Notes under the pieces: model-generated | Database searches by the model: none | What the model saw: the letters and a program-made list of their open reading frames with translations, nothing else | What the model was told of the DNA's origin: nothing | In this document: positions 1-9,189 of the stretch, one piece after another | How the letters are laid out: each line of letters begins with the position of its first letter | How positions within the stretch are numbered: the stretch's first letter is position 1 | Position numbers and translations under genes: made by a program | Source of the DNA: Rhodobacterales bacterium | GTDB taxonomy: Bacteria > Pseudomonadota > Alphaproteobacteria > Rhodobacterales > CAZPXZ01 | Assembly: GCA_965219495.1 (NCBI GenBank) | Contig: OZ244777.1 | Location: 302,940-366,939 of the forward strand | Direction of reading: 5' to 3' | DNA: 64,000 nucleotides

Positions 1-22
1 AGGCGGACGAGCCTCCGCCGCG

Positions 23-931
23 CTACTGCGGGACTGCATGGTCGACGGTCCGATAGTGGAGGGCTTCACGTAATCCTTCGCCAAGGAGATTCAGTGAGAT
101 CACGCACACCGCGATGAAGATGCCGGGAAACGTCACCTGCCACCAAGCGAAGGAGATGTACAGGCGGCCCTCGCCCATCATCGAGCCCCAGGTCGGCAAT
201 GGCGGCGGGATGCCGAGGCCGATAAAGCTAAGCGCGGCCTCGAACAAGATCATCGTTGCAACCTGCAGGGTTGAGATAACCAGAATGGTGGGCAGGACGG
301 AAGGCAGGATGTGCCGCCACAGCAAGGACGGTGTGCCGATCCCCAGCACCCGCGCCACCTCAATGTAGGGGAGCACTGTTATTTTCCTTACTTCGGCGCG
401 GACGACGCGGCCGTAGACCACCCACCCGGCAATCGCCAAGACCAGGATAACGTTCAGCAGGCTCTGGCCGAGGATTGCCAGGATGGCCACGCCGATGAGC
501 AGATAAGGCAACGCCAACTGGACGTCGACGACCCGCATGATGACCGCATCGGTGGCGCCGCCGCGAAACCCGGCGATCATCCCGACAACGATGCCGAAGA
601 CGCCGCAGACTAGGACCGCAATGCTCCCGACGGTGAGCGATACGCGCGATCCGAGAATGATGCGACTAAAGATGTCACGCCCAAGGACATCTGTTCCCAG
701 GAGGTGCGGGTAGCCCCCGGCACGCGTAAGCTCGGGCGGCATGAAGGCGCGCGCCAGGTCCTGAGCGAAGGGGTCATAGGGCGCCAGCGAGGGGCCCACG
801 GTCGCCATTAAAAACAGCACCAAGACCCCCGCCGAACCGATGAAGAACTTTGGTCCACCGCGTCGACAGGTTTGGACCAATCTCCTCACGATAGAAAAGA
901 CCGGCGCCGGTCTAGGCTGCCTTGAGCACAT
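23..931 (-). CDS. ABC transporter permease, DppC/OppC type
   Basis: ORF 23..1018. It has the OppC-type N-terminal motif GTDVLGRDIFSRII, several hydrophobic spans and an EAA-like loop (FEAALSFIGLG). Start trimmed to ATG 931 (alternative GTG 889) because the upstream part is Arg-rich and overlaps the neighbouring gene. Confidence 0.85.
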   Translation of the reverse strand: MCSRQPRPAPVFSIVRRLVQTCRRGGPKFFIGSAGVLVLFLMATVGPSLAPYDPFAQDLARAFMPPELTRAGGYPHLLGTDVLGRDIFSRIILGSRVSLTVGSIAVLVCGVFGIVVGMIAGFRGGATDAVIMRVVDVQLALPYLLIGVAILAILGQSLLNVILVLAIAGWVVYGRVVRAEVRKITVLPYIEVARVLGIGTPSLLWRHILPSVLPTILVISTLQVATMILFEAALSFIGLGIPPPLPTWGSMMGEGRLYISFAWWQVTFPGIFIAVCVISLNLLGEGLREALHYRTVDHAVPQ

Positions 932-1817
932 CGGAGCCGCGCGCCTTTTCGATAAGGCTCTCGAGCTCCTGTCGCTCCGATTCAGAAGCGGGGAGCAGCG
1001 GTCGCCGCGGCGGCCCAAACGGGATGCCGATCAGATCCATACAGCCCTTGATATACTGCGGCAGCTTGCCTCGCCCGTCGACCATTGCCATCAAGTCGAT
1101 CATATCGTAGTAAAGTTCCCGCGCTTTCAGCCATTGCTGTGACTCGAGCAAGTTCCAAAACTCGACGCATTCGGCCGGCAGTGCCCCGGCGGTCGCCGTG
1201 ACCCAACCGCGTGCGCCGGCGCATATCTGCTCGAAGACAATCTCGTCCAAACCTGAATGGACGATCATCTTGCCCTCGCTCAAACGTACAATCTGCTGCG
1301 TTCGGGCGACGTCGCTGCGGATGCTCTCTTTAACGTGCGAAATGTTCGAATGGCTGGCGTTGAGCGACACGAGCTCTTCCGGGCTCAAGTCAATGCACGT
1401 GCTGACGGCCTGATTGTACACCATGATATCGAAGTCGACCGCATCCGCTATTGTCCTGAAGTGGGTGAGAACCTCCTCGTTCGTGGGAACGTGATAGTAG
1501 GGCGGGATCATCATAACCCCTTGCGCCCCTGCGCGCTCCGCGTGCTGACAGAGCTCGAGCGAGTCACGCGTCGAGGGCATGCCGGGCGCTCCCAGAACCG
1601 GCATGCGGCCGTTTACTTCCGCCAAGACAGTCTCGAGTACCTGCTTCTTCTCGTCCATCGTGAGCAAGGCGCCTTCGCCCGTGCTACCGCATGGAATAAT
1701 GCCGTGCACGCCACGCTCGACAAGAAAGCGCATGTGTTTTCTGACTGTGTCGAAGTCCACGGATTCATCGGCGTGCATGGGCGTCGGCGTGACAACATAA
1801 ATCCCTTCGAACCGCAT
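912..1817 (-). CDS. Dihydrodipicolinate synthase (DapA)/N-acetylneuraminate lyase family protein
   Basis: 301-aa ORF. GIIPCGSTGEG motif, MIPPYY motif and overall DapA-family layout. Confidence 0.85.
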   Translation of the reverse strand: MRFEGIYVVTPTPMHADESVDFDTVRKHMRFLVERGVHGIIPCGSTGEGALLTMDEKKQVLETVLAEVNGRMPVLGAPGMPSTRDSLELCQHAERAGAQGVMMIPPYYHVPTNEEVLTHFRTIADAVDFDIMVYNQAVSTCIDLSPEELVSLNASHSNISHVKESIRSDVARTQQIVRLSEGKMIVHSGLDEIVFEQICAGARGWVTATAGALPAECVEFWNLLESQQWLKARELYYDMIDLMAMVDGRGKLPQYIKGCMDLIGIPFGPPRRPLLPASESERQELESLIEKARGSDVLKAA

Positions 1818-2229
1818 CTCTTGTTCCTCCTCTACGACTCTCTTGTTGAGCGTATACGAGAACGGACGTGTTGGCTATGCTCGACTTTGGGTGCTTGCTG
1901 GCATGATCAGGCGGCGGCGCGGGTTTCGTGATCGGCGGCCGGAATGCCGTCTCTGAATCTGACGCATCCGATGATCTTTGGCAACGGATGATCGCCATTG
2001 AGGCGTCGCCGGGTTTTGCTGGCAGTGGTTCGCAGCTTGAAGGCCGTGGCCAGGGCTGTTCGGTGGGGACAGGCAACCCTTGGCGCCGCTGCATCGCGCG
2101 CCCCCCCGGCGCGAATTCTGGACGCAGGATCATCCCGCGTCAAGAATTTGGAGTAGATTTCGTCTATTCGTCCAGCGGATTGGAGTTTCTGCAGGCGTTT
2201 TGCAGCTCCCGGAGCGATGGTTGGCGCAT

Positions 2230-2640
2230 GCAGGTTGCGGCGAATTGCGAATTGATTCTCGAAGCCACTTCGGAGGGAATTTCGCTGGACGACGTGGAGG
2301 TGCGTCTTGCGCGTCGGGAGGAACGCCGAATGTGGGATGCGCTGGTCGACACGCGCAATTATCCGGGTTTCCAGCGGTTTGTGGCCTTCGCTAAATTGCG
2401 GGAGTGGCGGGGTTCTTGGTTTGGCCTCGCCGGCTGGCAGTCGGTCGCGTTCAAGAACCTGCGTCGGGCCCGCTGAGCCGGATGGAAGCAGGCTCTGCAG
2501 TTTGGGCGATTGCGTTTGATTGCGAACCATGCGCGGTTTTCGATTCTCGGTGAGCAAGGGGCGTTTCCGTGTTCTGCGTCGTTTGCGTTGGTCGCGATGC
2601 TTCGGCGTCTCATCGGCGACCCAATGGCATTCACTTAGCG
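2230..2640 (+). pseudogene. DUF4338 (DruA-like) domain gene fragment, frameshifted and truncated
   Basis: VEVRLARREERRMWDALVDTRNYPGFQRF...WFGLAGWQSVAFK parallels the DUF4338 copies at 23036 and 32356. The homology continues in another frame (RLRLIANHARFSILGEQGAFP). Confidence 0.55.
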
Positions 2641-2704
2641 GATTCATCCATTCACTTAAGGAATCGCAGTTCGACGGGGGCGGATTACTGCGTTTTCTTG
2701 CGGG

Positions 2705-3652
2705 CTATGCGGTTGCGCGGGCCTTCGGAACGTTTCGCCGGCTCCATTTGCCGACCGGCTTCCGGGAGCGCCGGGGATACGACCGGTTCGGGCGCAGGCG
2801 CTGTCGGCAGGCGGTGATTCCCTCGACGATCCGGGTGACGGTTTCGCTGAGCGCGGTGGCATGCTGGAGCAGCAGGACCTCGATATTCCTGGCGACCGTC
2901 GCCAGGCTGTTCTTGAAGTTGGCGGCCATCGCCGGTTTCGGGCCGCCTTGGCGGCCACGGTTCATCCAGTCTTCGCCTTGGTTGGCGAACAGCCGGGTCA
3001 AGGTGATCAGGATGAAGTGCGCGAACAGTTCCTGTTTCACCGCGCGCTCGCTTTGGCCGTGGAAGTCCTCGACGCTCAGGGCGCCCTTGCTGATCTTGAA
3101 CAGCTCCTCGATGCCCCATCTTCCATGGTAGAGGGCCGCGAGGTCTTCGATGCGGGTAGTCTCCGCATCGAGCAGCGTCGTCGCCAGCGCGAAGCGGGTG
3201 CCCCCGGCGGTGTACTTGACCAGCCGCAGGCGGAGCGGCCCGAAGCGGACGCCCGGGTATTTGGTGCGCAAGGCGCGCAAGGTGTCCGGGCCCGGCGCAA
3301 TCTCGGCCACGCTGTCGGCGCAGTCGCCGGCAAGGAACGCGTCGAAGGCGCTGCCGGCCTTCGCCTTCAATCGGAACACCGGATGCAGGCCCCGCGCCAC
3401 ATGCGCGTGCAGCAGTTCGTAGGAATTGTAGCCGCGGTCGTACACCACGACGTCGCCTTCGGACAGCGCCGGCAGGTGGCCGAGCGCCGCCGCCCGCTCG
3501 TTGCCGTGGGCGTGGAGGTCGAAGTCCACCGGCATCTTCGCCCGCAACTGGTACAGGCAGCTCAACAGGCCCTGCGGATACCAGGCTTGCGCGGACGGCG
3601 TCCGGTAGCCATTCGCCCGCAACTGCCGCGGCAGGTTCAGCTTCGAGCCACC
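2705..3652 (-). pseudogene. IS4-family DDE transposase, C-terminal about 315 aa, cut by a group II intron
   Basis: DRGY and YHGRWGIEELFKxxK (YREK-type) motifs. The reading frame continues up to the deduced intron 3' splice site at 3653. Confidence 0.75.
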
Positions 3653-3693
3653 GTCGCGGTAGGAGCGCTGGTTGCCCAGCGCCCCTCCGCACA

Positions 3694-3725
3694 GATCCGA
3701 GCGTGCGCGCTAACGCACTCGGCTC
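3694..3725 (-). ncRNA. Group II intron domain V
   Basis: Minus strand GAGCCGAGUGCGUUAGCGCGCACGCUCGGAUC. AGC triad at positions 2-4, 9-position lower helix, 2-nt AC bulge, 4-bp upper helix. Confidence 0.65.
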
Positions 3726-4753
3726 CTGCCTCGGGTGTGGACGGCACGAAACCGCTGATCCGGCCATGGGTGAAGGATCCTGATTGGTGGGAAGAAGCGC
3801 TGCGTCAACTCCGCCAATTGCTCCCATATGCGAAGGGAATTCCCACGCGGGGAGCGACGGCGCAGTTGCTGGAACCAGAGGCTCCTGACGCTTCGCACGA
3901 ACGCTTGGAGGAACGCATGGCTGGAGGGAACTGCATAGTATTGCAGCCACCCCCTGAGCACGCGTTGCAGCCATCCGGCTACCTCCTCCGGGTCGTCGTG
4001 GCGCCGACGGCGCAGGACCTCACCGATCCGCTGAAGCGTGCGCCGGGCGCGTTTCGCTGCCGGCTTCCGCCCGAGACTGAAACCGCCCTTTCTTGAGGTT
4101 CGGCAGTAATGCGTGAACCCCGGAAAATCAAAGGTTTCGGGGCGCCGCTGACCGCGTGAGAGACGGCCCGCCTTGGCGAAGCGTCCAAACTCGATGCAGC
4201 GGGTCTTCCCGGGATGGAGAGCCAGACCGAACTTGCCCAGCCTTCGTTCAAGGTCGTCAAGGAACTGTTCCGCATCCTGCCGGTGTTGAAATCCAACCAC
4301 GAAGTCATCCGCGTAGCGCACGATAACCGCGTCTCCGTTCGCCTCCTGCGGACGCCATTTCCGGTCAAACCAGAGGTCGAGGACGTAGTGCAGGTAAAAA
4401 TTTGCCAAAATTGGCGAAATAACCGCTCCCTGGGGAGTTCCCCCAAGGTCGTCCTTCCACTCGCCCCCGTCCATGACGCCAGCGTTCAGCCACTTGGTGA
4501 TCAACCGAATGACCCGCCGGTCTCCGATCCTGTGTTCCAGAAACCGGATCAACCAGTCTCGGTCCAAATTATCGAAGAAACCGCGGATATCGGCGTCAAC
4601 AATCCAGTTGACCTTCCGCCGCGCTATACAGGTGGCAAGAGCGTCCAGAGCGTCGTGCGCCCCGCGCCCTGGCCGGAACCCATGGCTGAACCCGAGAAAT
4701 TCGACCTCGTAAATCGGGGTAAGGATCGACTCCACCACTGCCTTCTGGACGAT
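3710..4753 (-). pseudogene. Group II intron reverse transcriptase/maturase, N-terminally truncated
   Basis: FLGFSHGFRPGRGAHDAL, YADDFVVGF (YADD box), a maturase X region, and C-terminal HPWPDQRF. RT domains 0-2 are missing. Confidence 0.85.
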
Positions 4754-4780
4754 AAATGTTGCGCAGCAAGTTATGTTGCG
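4754..4780. repeat. Left 27-bp terminal inverted repeat of the RIT-like element
   Basis: Perfect reverse complement of 5315-5341. Confidence 0.9.
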
Positions 4781-4949
4781 GAGAGTACGGAACCTGTTGA
4801 TTGGTAAGAGTTCAAACATATTTTGCGCGACATAATTTCTTTCACGGCACCCTGTCTGCATGATCGTGGCTCCAACAATCAGGAGACACGACAATGTTCG
4901 AAGAACTATTCACACAGTCCATAGCAGGCACCGAAGAGCCTATATCCGG

Positions 4950-5249
4950 TTCGGGGTCTATCGCCTTGTCGAGCGTTGTGCGGCCAGCATGCCGGCATTG
5001 GCCGGGCGGAAGATAACCCCGCCCGTGGTTCGGCACACGGCCGCCTGCGCCTTGGTGCGAGCGAAGGTTGACATCAACACGGTCCGCGCGTGGCTTGGCC
5101 ACGTCAACATCAACGCGACCAACATCTATGCCGAGATTGATCTCGAGATGAAGGCCAGGGCGTTGGCGCTTTGCGACGTGGCTGAACCGGGGCCGAACCG
5201 GCCGTGGAAGGAGAAGAAGGGGCTGATGGCCTTCCTGAAATCTTTGTGA
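4950..5249 (+). pseudogene. Tyrosine recombinase (phage integrase family), C-terminal fragment
   Basis: ITPPVVRHTAACALVRAKVDINTVRAWLGHVNINATNIYAEIDLEMKA contains the R-H-x-x-R...Y region of tyrosine recombinases. The N-terminal two thirds are absent. Confidence 0.7.
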
Positions 5250-5314
5250 GCGTAAAAGATTATGTTGCGGAGAGTCGGGCTCTATCTGTGCCATTCAGCA
5301 AGTTACCCAGCCTA

Positions 5315-5341
5315 CGCAACATAACTTGCTGCGCAACATTT
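5315..5341. repeat. Right 27-bp terminal inverted repeat of the RIT-like element
   Basis: Perfect reverse complement of 4754-4780. Confidence 0.9.
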
Positions 5342-5772
5342 GTTGACATCAACGAAGCAGCGGCAAAGGAAACCGCGGAAATCATCCTCGGCGAGGGGGG
5401 CGACGCCGGGCACGGCCGCGCCGATGTGGCAGATGCCGTGGATGTAGCGCACGTCGTCTCTTCCTGTCTCGATCGCTTCGGCCGTATCGACGCGCTGCAC
5501 AACAACGTCGGCATCGTTGAGGTCGGCGGGGTCGTCGAGCTTCCGGAGGAGAAGTGGGATCACGTTCTCGATGTGAACCTGAAAAGCTGTTATCTGGCGA
5601 TGAAGCACGTCATTCCCGTCATGGTGAGCCAGGGCGGTGGTTCGATCTCCAACATCTCCTCCATCGTCTCCATCCGGTTCACGGGCGTGCCTTACGCGAC
5701 CTACTATGCCTCCAAGGCCGCCATGAACCACCTTACGCGGGCGACGGCGGCATCACGTTGAAGATCAACTGA
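5342..5772 (+). pseudogene. SDR oxidoreductase remnant (decayed duplicate of 45578..46384)
   Basis: Near-identical to 45701 onward. The 5' end is cut by the repeat at 5341. A 253-nt internal deletion between GGCGGC repeats (equivalent to 46111-46363) shifts the frame. Confidence 0.9.
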
Positions 5773-5795
5773 CCCCGGTACGAGGGAGGATTGCG

Positions 5796-6546
5796 ATGGA
5801 TGAGCGGATCGTCGGATGGGGGCACACGCCTTTTGGGCGCCTCGAGGACAAGTCACTCGAAGACCTGATCACCAACGCGGCGCGGGAGGCGCTATCCCAT
5901 GCCGGCATCGAAGCGCGCGACGTCGATGCGATCTGGCTCGGCCATTTCAATTCCGGCTTGGTGGCGGATGGCTTCGCCGCGTCGCTCGCACTGCTGACCA
6001 ATGACGATCTCAGGTTCAAACCGGCAAACCGTTGCGAGAACGCCTGCGCCAGCGGCTCGGCTGCCGTCTACGCCGCTCGCGACGCCATCAAAGCAGACTC
6101 GGCACGCGTGGCGCTGGCCATCGGCGTCGAAAAGATGACGGCGAAGGACACGGCCAGTGTCACCAAGGCGCTCGCCGGGGCTTCCTACCAGAAGCAGGAG
6201 GTGGACCTCTCCTTTCCGCAGATCTTCGCGCGCATCGCCAATACGTACTTTCAGGCGTACGATGACAATTCCGCTGTTCTGGCGCGGATCGCCGCCAAGA
6301 ACCACAGGAACGCGCTGGGCAATCCGCTGGCGCAGCTTCGCAAAGACCTCGGCTCCGACTTCTGCAACACGGTGAGCGAGAAGAATCCGCTGATCGCCCC
6401 TCCGCTGCGCATGACGGACTGCTCGCTCATCACCGATGGAGCGGCCGCGCTGGTGGTGGTTGCGGACGACATGGCGAAGGAGATGCCACACAATATTGGC
6501 TTCCGCGCCGCAGTGCAGGTCAACGATTTCCTGCCGATGTCGAAGC
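5796..6546 (+). pseudogene. SCPx-type thiolase remnant (duplicate of 46408..47577), 3' truncated
   Basis: Near-identical to 46408-47158. Homology stops abruptly at 6546. Confidence 0.9.
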
Positions 6547-7089
6547 AATCTGGGGAATACCGGCAGCCGACATGTTGGCCTGGTTGAAAAAGATGCGGCC
6601 GAAATGATCTCGATCGGCAAAGACTTCGTCCTGCCGGGGCAGGTTGGCGCCGCCGGAATCGACCAGATAGATGCATGGCAGGCGATTCTGCAGGGCGATC
6701 TCCTGCGCCCGCAGATGTTTCTTGACCGTCATCGGGTAGTAGGTCCCGCCCTTGGCGGTGGCATCGTTGCAGACGATCATGCAGTCGCGGCCCCGGACGC
6801 GGCCAACACCGGTGATCAGCCCGGCCGATGGGGATTCGTCATCATACATGCCGTGCGCAGCCACAAGCCCGATTTCCAGGAACGGCGAGCCGGGATCGAG
6901 TAGCCGAGCGACACGATCGCGCGGGGCGAGTTTGCCTCTCGACAGGTGGCGAGCCAGCGATTGTTCATCGCCACCGGCGTGTGCCTGGTCGATGGCGGCG
7001 TTCATCTCGGAGATCGCCCCAAGCATAGAGGCGCGGTTGGCGTCGAAACCTTCCGCGGCGTCCGAGATGCCTGGTGGCAACACGGCCAT
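6547..7089 (-). pseudogene. Acyl-CoA carboxylase carboxyltransferase beta subunit (MccB/PccB-like), N-terminal about 180 aa only
   Basis: [26 protein letters not shown] and [19 protein letters not shown] motifs. Ends at the junction with the thiolase remnant. Confidence 0.75.
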
Positions 7090-7090
7090 G

Positions 7091-7285
7091 TCAGCCGGTC
7101 TCCGCAAACTGTTCGCGGCCGATCAGAAGTTGTCTGATTTCACCGGTGCCGGCGCCGATCTCGTAAAGCTTGGCGTGGCGCAACAGCCGCGCCGCCGGAA
7201 AGTCCTCGGCGTAGCCGTTGGCACCAGGGATCTGGATCGCTTCAAGAGCAGCGCGGGTTGCGTGCTCGGCGGCAAACAGAATGCA
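7091..7285 (-). pseudogene. Acyl-CoA dehydrogenase (isovaleryl-CoA DH-like), C-terminal fragment
   Basis: [43 protein letters not shown] is an ACAD C-terminal signature. Its stop lies 1 nt before the carboxyltransferase start, the gene order of a leucine-catabolism (liu-type) operon. Confidence 0.65.
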
Positions 7286-7521
7286 GCCGGTGAGGATCAT
7301 CTCAATGGCATCCGCCTTGACGATCGCGCACGCCAGCCGCTGCGTACCGCAGATGCCGGGAATGACGCCAAGCTCGCCTCGTCGGCGTCGAAGTGAGCCA
7401 GCGGGCCGGCGACCTCGTTAATGACTGAAGCGTTTAGGGCATTCAGCGCCTTCGGACGATTCAAGGTGATGAGGCCGACCCGGCCCTGCACTTCCGTCAC
7501 GATTGTCTCGTATCCAGCCAT
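7286..7521 (-). pseudogene. Enoyl-CoA hydratase remnant with internal deletion and frameshift, fused to the ACAD fragment
   Basis: N-terminus MAGYETIVTEVQGRVGLITLNRPKALNAL. In a second frame, [30 protein letters not shown]. Confidence 0.6.
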
Positions 7522-7599
7522 GTCACGTTCAATCCTTGCCGCCGTCGCTGACCGGCCCCACCCACGATACCACTTTTCGACGCTTTCGCGGAGGGCCCA

Positions 7600-7829
7600 G
7601 AAGCCTGGGCAGCCATCATCACCAGCGCGGATGATCGTTCATTCCTGGGGCACCGCTCTCCGTCCAGGCTTCCAAGGCGATCGTCATGGATGGCCTCGCC
7701 GAGCGGAAACTGGCCGATGCCATGGCCCGGCCTCATGGGCAGCCAAACTCTTGTTGGCCAGCGAGGATGCGCAGAGAGGGCCCCGGGGCCTTCGCCGAGA
7801 AGAGACGACCGAGGTGGACGGGCCATTAG
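7600..7829 (+). pseudogene. Enoyl-CoA hydratase C-terminal remnant
   Basis: The frame ends REGPGAFAEKRRPRWTGH*, a typical crotonase C-terminus. The upstream part is broken across frames. Confidence 0.35.
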
Positions 7830-8045
7830 GCCGAAGTCGCCCAGGATGAGCCACGGAACCACCTTTAGGGCGTGTTTCGGTTGCCCGGATCCGACCTGGG
7901 GCGCGTTATAGAGTGGCCATCTAGCTGCGGCACCAAAGGATAGACGACTTCGTCGACTCCTCTCTGCGCCGCGCCATGATGGACCGTCCCTACAATTCCG
8001 GCAGACTGGCTTTGTGCACCACAACCCGTTGTGGTGTGGGACAGT

Positions 8046-8837
8046 TCAGTTGCCCTTGAACTCAAACTCTCGCTTGTTTTTGAAGGCCTCGACTGCGACG
8101 CGGTGATCGTTGGTCCTGAAAGTCAGCATCTCGTAACCGATGCAGGCGTCCATGACGCTGTGCGCCATCTGTTTGAGGCCGATGTTGGCCGCCATCTTGG
8201 TCCAGCGAATCGCCTTGGTGGCGCCGCCGGCGAGCCGCTCCGCCATGGCGTAGACCTCAGCGTCCAGCTTGTCCTCGGGTACGACATGGTTGATCAGGCC
8301 AATCCGTTCCGCCTCCACCGCCGTAAGCAGGTCACCTGTCATCAGATATTCTTTGGCGCGCGCGTAACCGATCAAGTGGGGCCAGGCAACAGCGCCGCCA
8401 TCACCGGCGACCAGTCCGACTTTGACGTGTGGATCGCCGATCTTGGCGTTCTCGCTGGCATAGACGATGTCACAAAGCAGCGCCATTGTCGCGCCAAGCC
8501 CGATACAGGGACCTGGAATGCGGGCGATGATCGGCTTCTCGAGATCGAGAAGGCCGAACACGATTTGTTTCCCATGGACCGCGGTCGATTCAAGCTTTCC
8601 GTTGTTCGTGAGCTCACCGAGCCAAGTGTAGTCGCCGCCTGCGCTAAACGCGTTGCCAGCCCCGGTCAACACAATCACATCGGCTTCGCCGTCGGCCTGT
8701 ACGTCGTAGAAAATCCGCGCCAACTCTTGGTGCATTTGATCGTCGACGGCGTTGAGGAGCTCTGGCCGGTTGAGCGTGAGTGTCAGAATGCGGCCCTTGC
8801 GTTCCGCCCTGATCCGTTCGTAACTTTCGTATTCCAT
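8046..8837 (-). CDS. Enoyl-CoA hydratase/isomerase family protein
   Basis: ORF 8046..8858. LTLNRPELLNA, GAGNAFSAGGD and crotonase-fold motifs. Start set to ATG 8837, which follows AGGAG. Confidence 0.85.
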   Translation of the reverse strand: MEYESYERIRAERKGRILTLTLNRPELLNAVDDQMHQELARIFYDVQADGEADVIVLTGAGNAFSAGGDYTWLGELTNNGKLESTAVHGKQIVFGLLDLEKPIIARIPGPCIGLGATMALLCDIVYASENAKIGDPHVKVGLVAGDGGAVAWPHLIGYARAKEYLMTGDLLTAVEAERIGLINHVVPEDKLDAEVYAMAERLAGGATKAIRWTKMAANIGLKQMAHSVMDACIGYEMLTFRTNDHRVAVEAFKNKREFEFKGN

Positions 8838-9189
8838 GATCACTCCTGGCGCTGCCAAGCGGCTCGAAGGTCCGCGTCATCGCTCGTTTTACCGGCCAGC
8901 CAATCGCGGGCGCGCCACCTACGGCCAATCCCATTGAGGCAGTGTTTCAAATTTAAAAACGGCCGGCAACGGCGGAGCAAAACCGGCCCACTGGTGGCTG
9001 TGGACGCACCGGGGCAATCTTCGTCTCGACGCAAGTGGCCGGTCAAGAACATCACATGCTCAACGCGGATGTTCCCCATTTGCCGGCGACGGCTCGATAC
9101 CCTCCTTGCGTTCTCCCTTGGCTCGCAACTGCGGCCAGCGGTATGTTACCATCGACTGCTGTAGGTATCCACCACTCATCCCACTGAAC

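Larger units (their letters stand above)
3653..4753 (-). mobile_element. Group II intron, 3' portion (RT/maturase remnant plus domains V and VI), 5' end cut at 4753
   Basis: RT/maturase ORF, a domain V-like 32-nt hairpin, and a domain VI stem with a bulged A 7 nt from the end. The 5' part is replaced at 4754 by an inverted repeat of another element. Confidence 0.75.
4754..5341 (+). mobile_element. Internally deleted tyrosine-recombinase element (RIT-like miniature) bounded by perfect 27-bp inverted repeats
   Basis: AAATGTTGCGCAGCAAGTTATGTTGCG at 4754-4780 is the exact reverse complement of 5315-5341. The subterminal TTATGTTGCGGAGAGT is repeated at 4771-4786 and 5260-5275. Only a recombinase C-terminus lies inside. 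Confidence 0.55.

Noticed and set aside
2685-3974. Long ORFs of 250-520 aa antisense to or overlapping recognised genes. Examples: 2685..3974, 2861..4096, 8031..9164, 10793..11881, 20561..21328, 28832..30031, 29419..30327, 30649..32199, 42556..43719, 46504..47556, 52873..54102.
   Set aside because: They are Arg/Pro/Gly/Ala-rich low-complexity translations typical of off-frame or antisense reading of high-GC coding DNA. Each overlaps a gene with clear family motifs.
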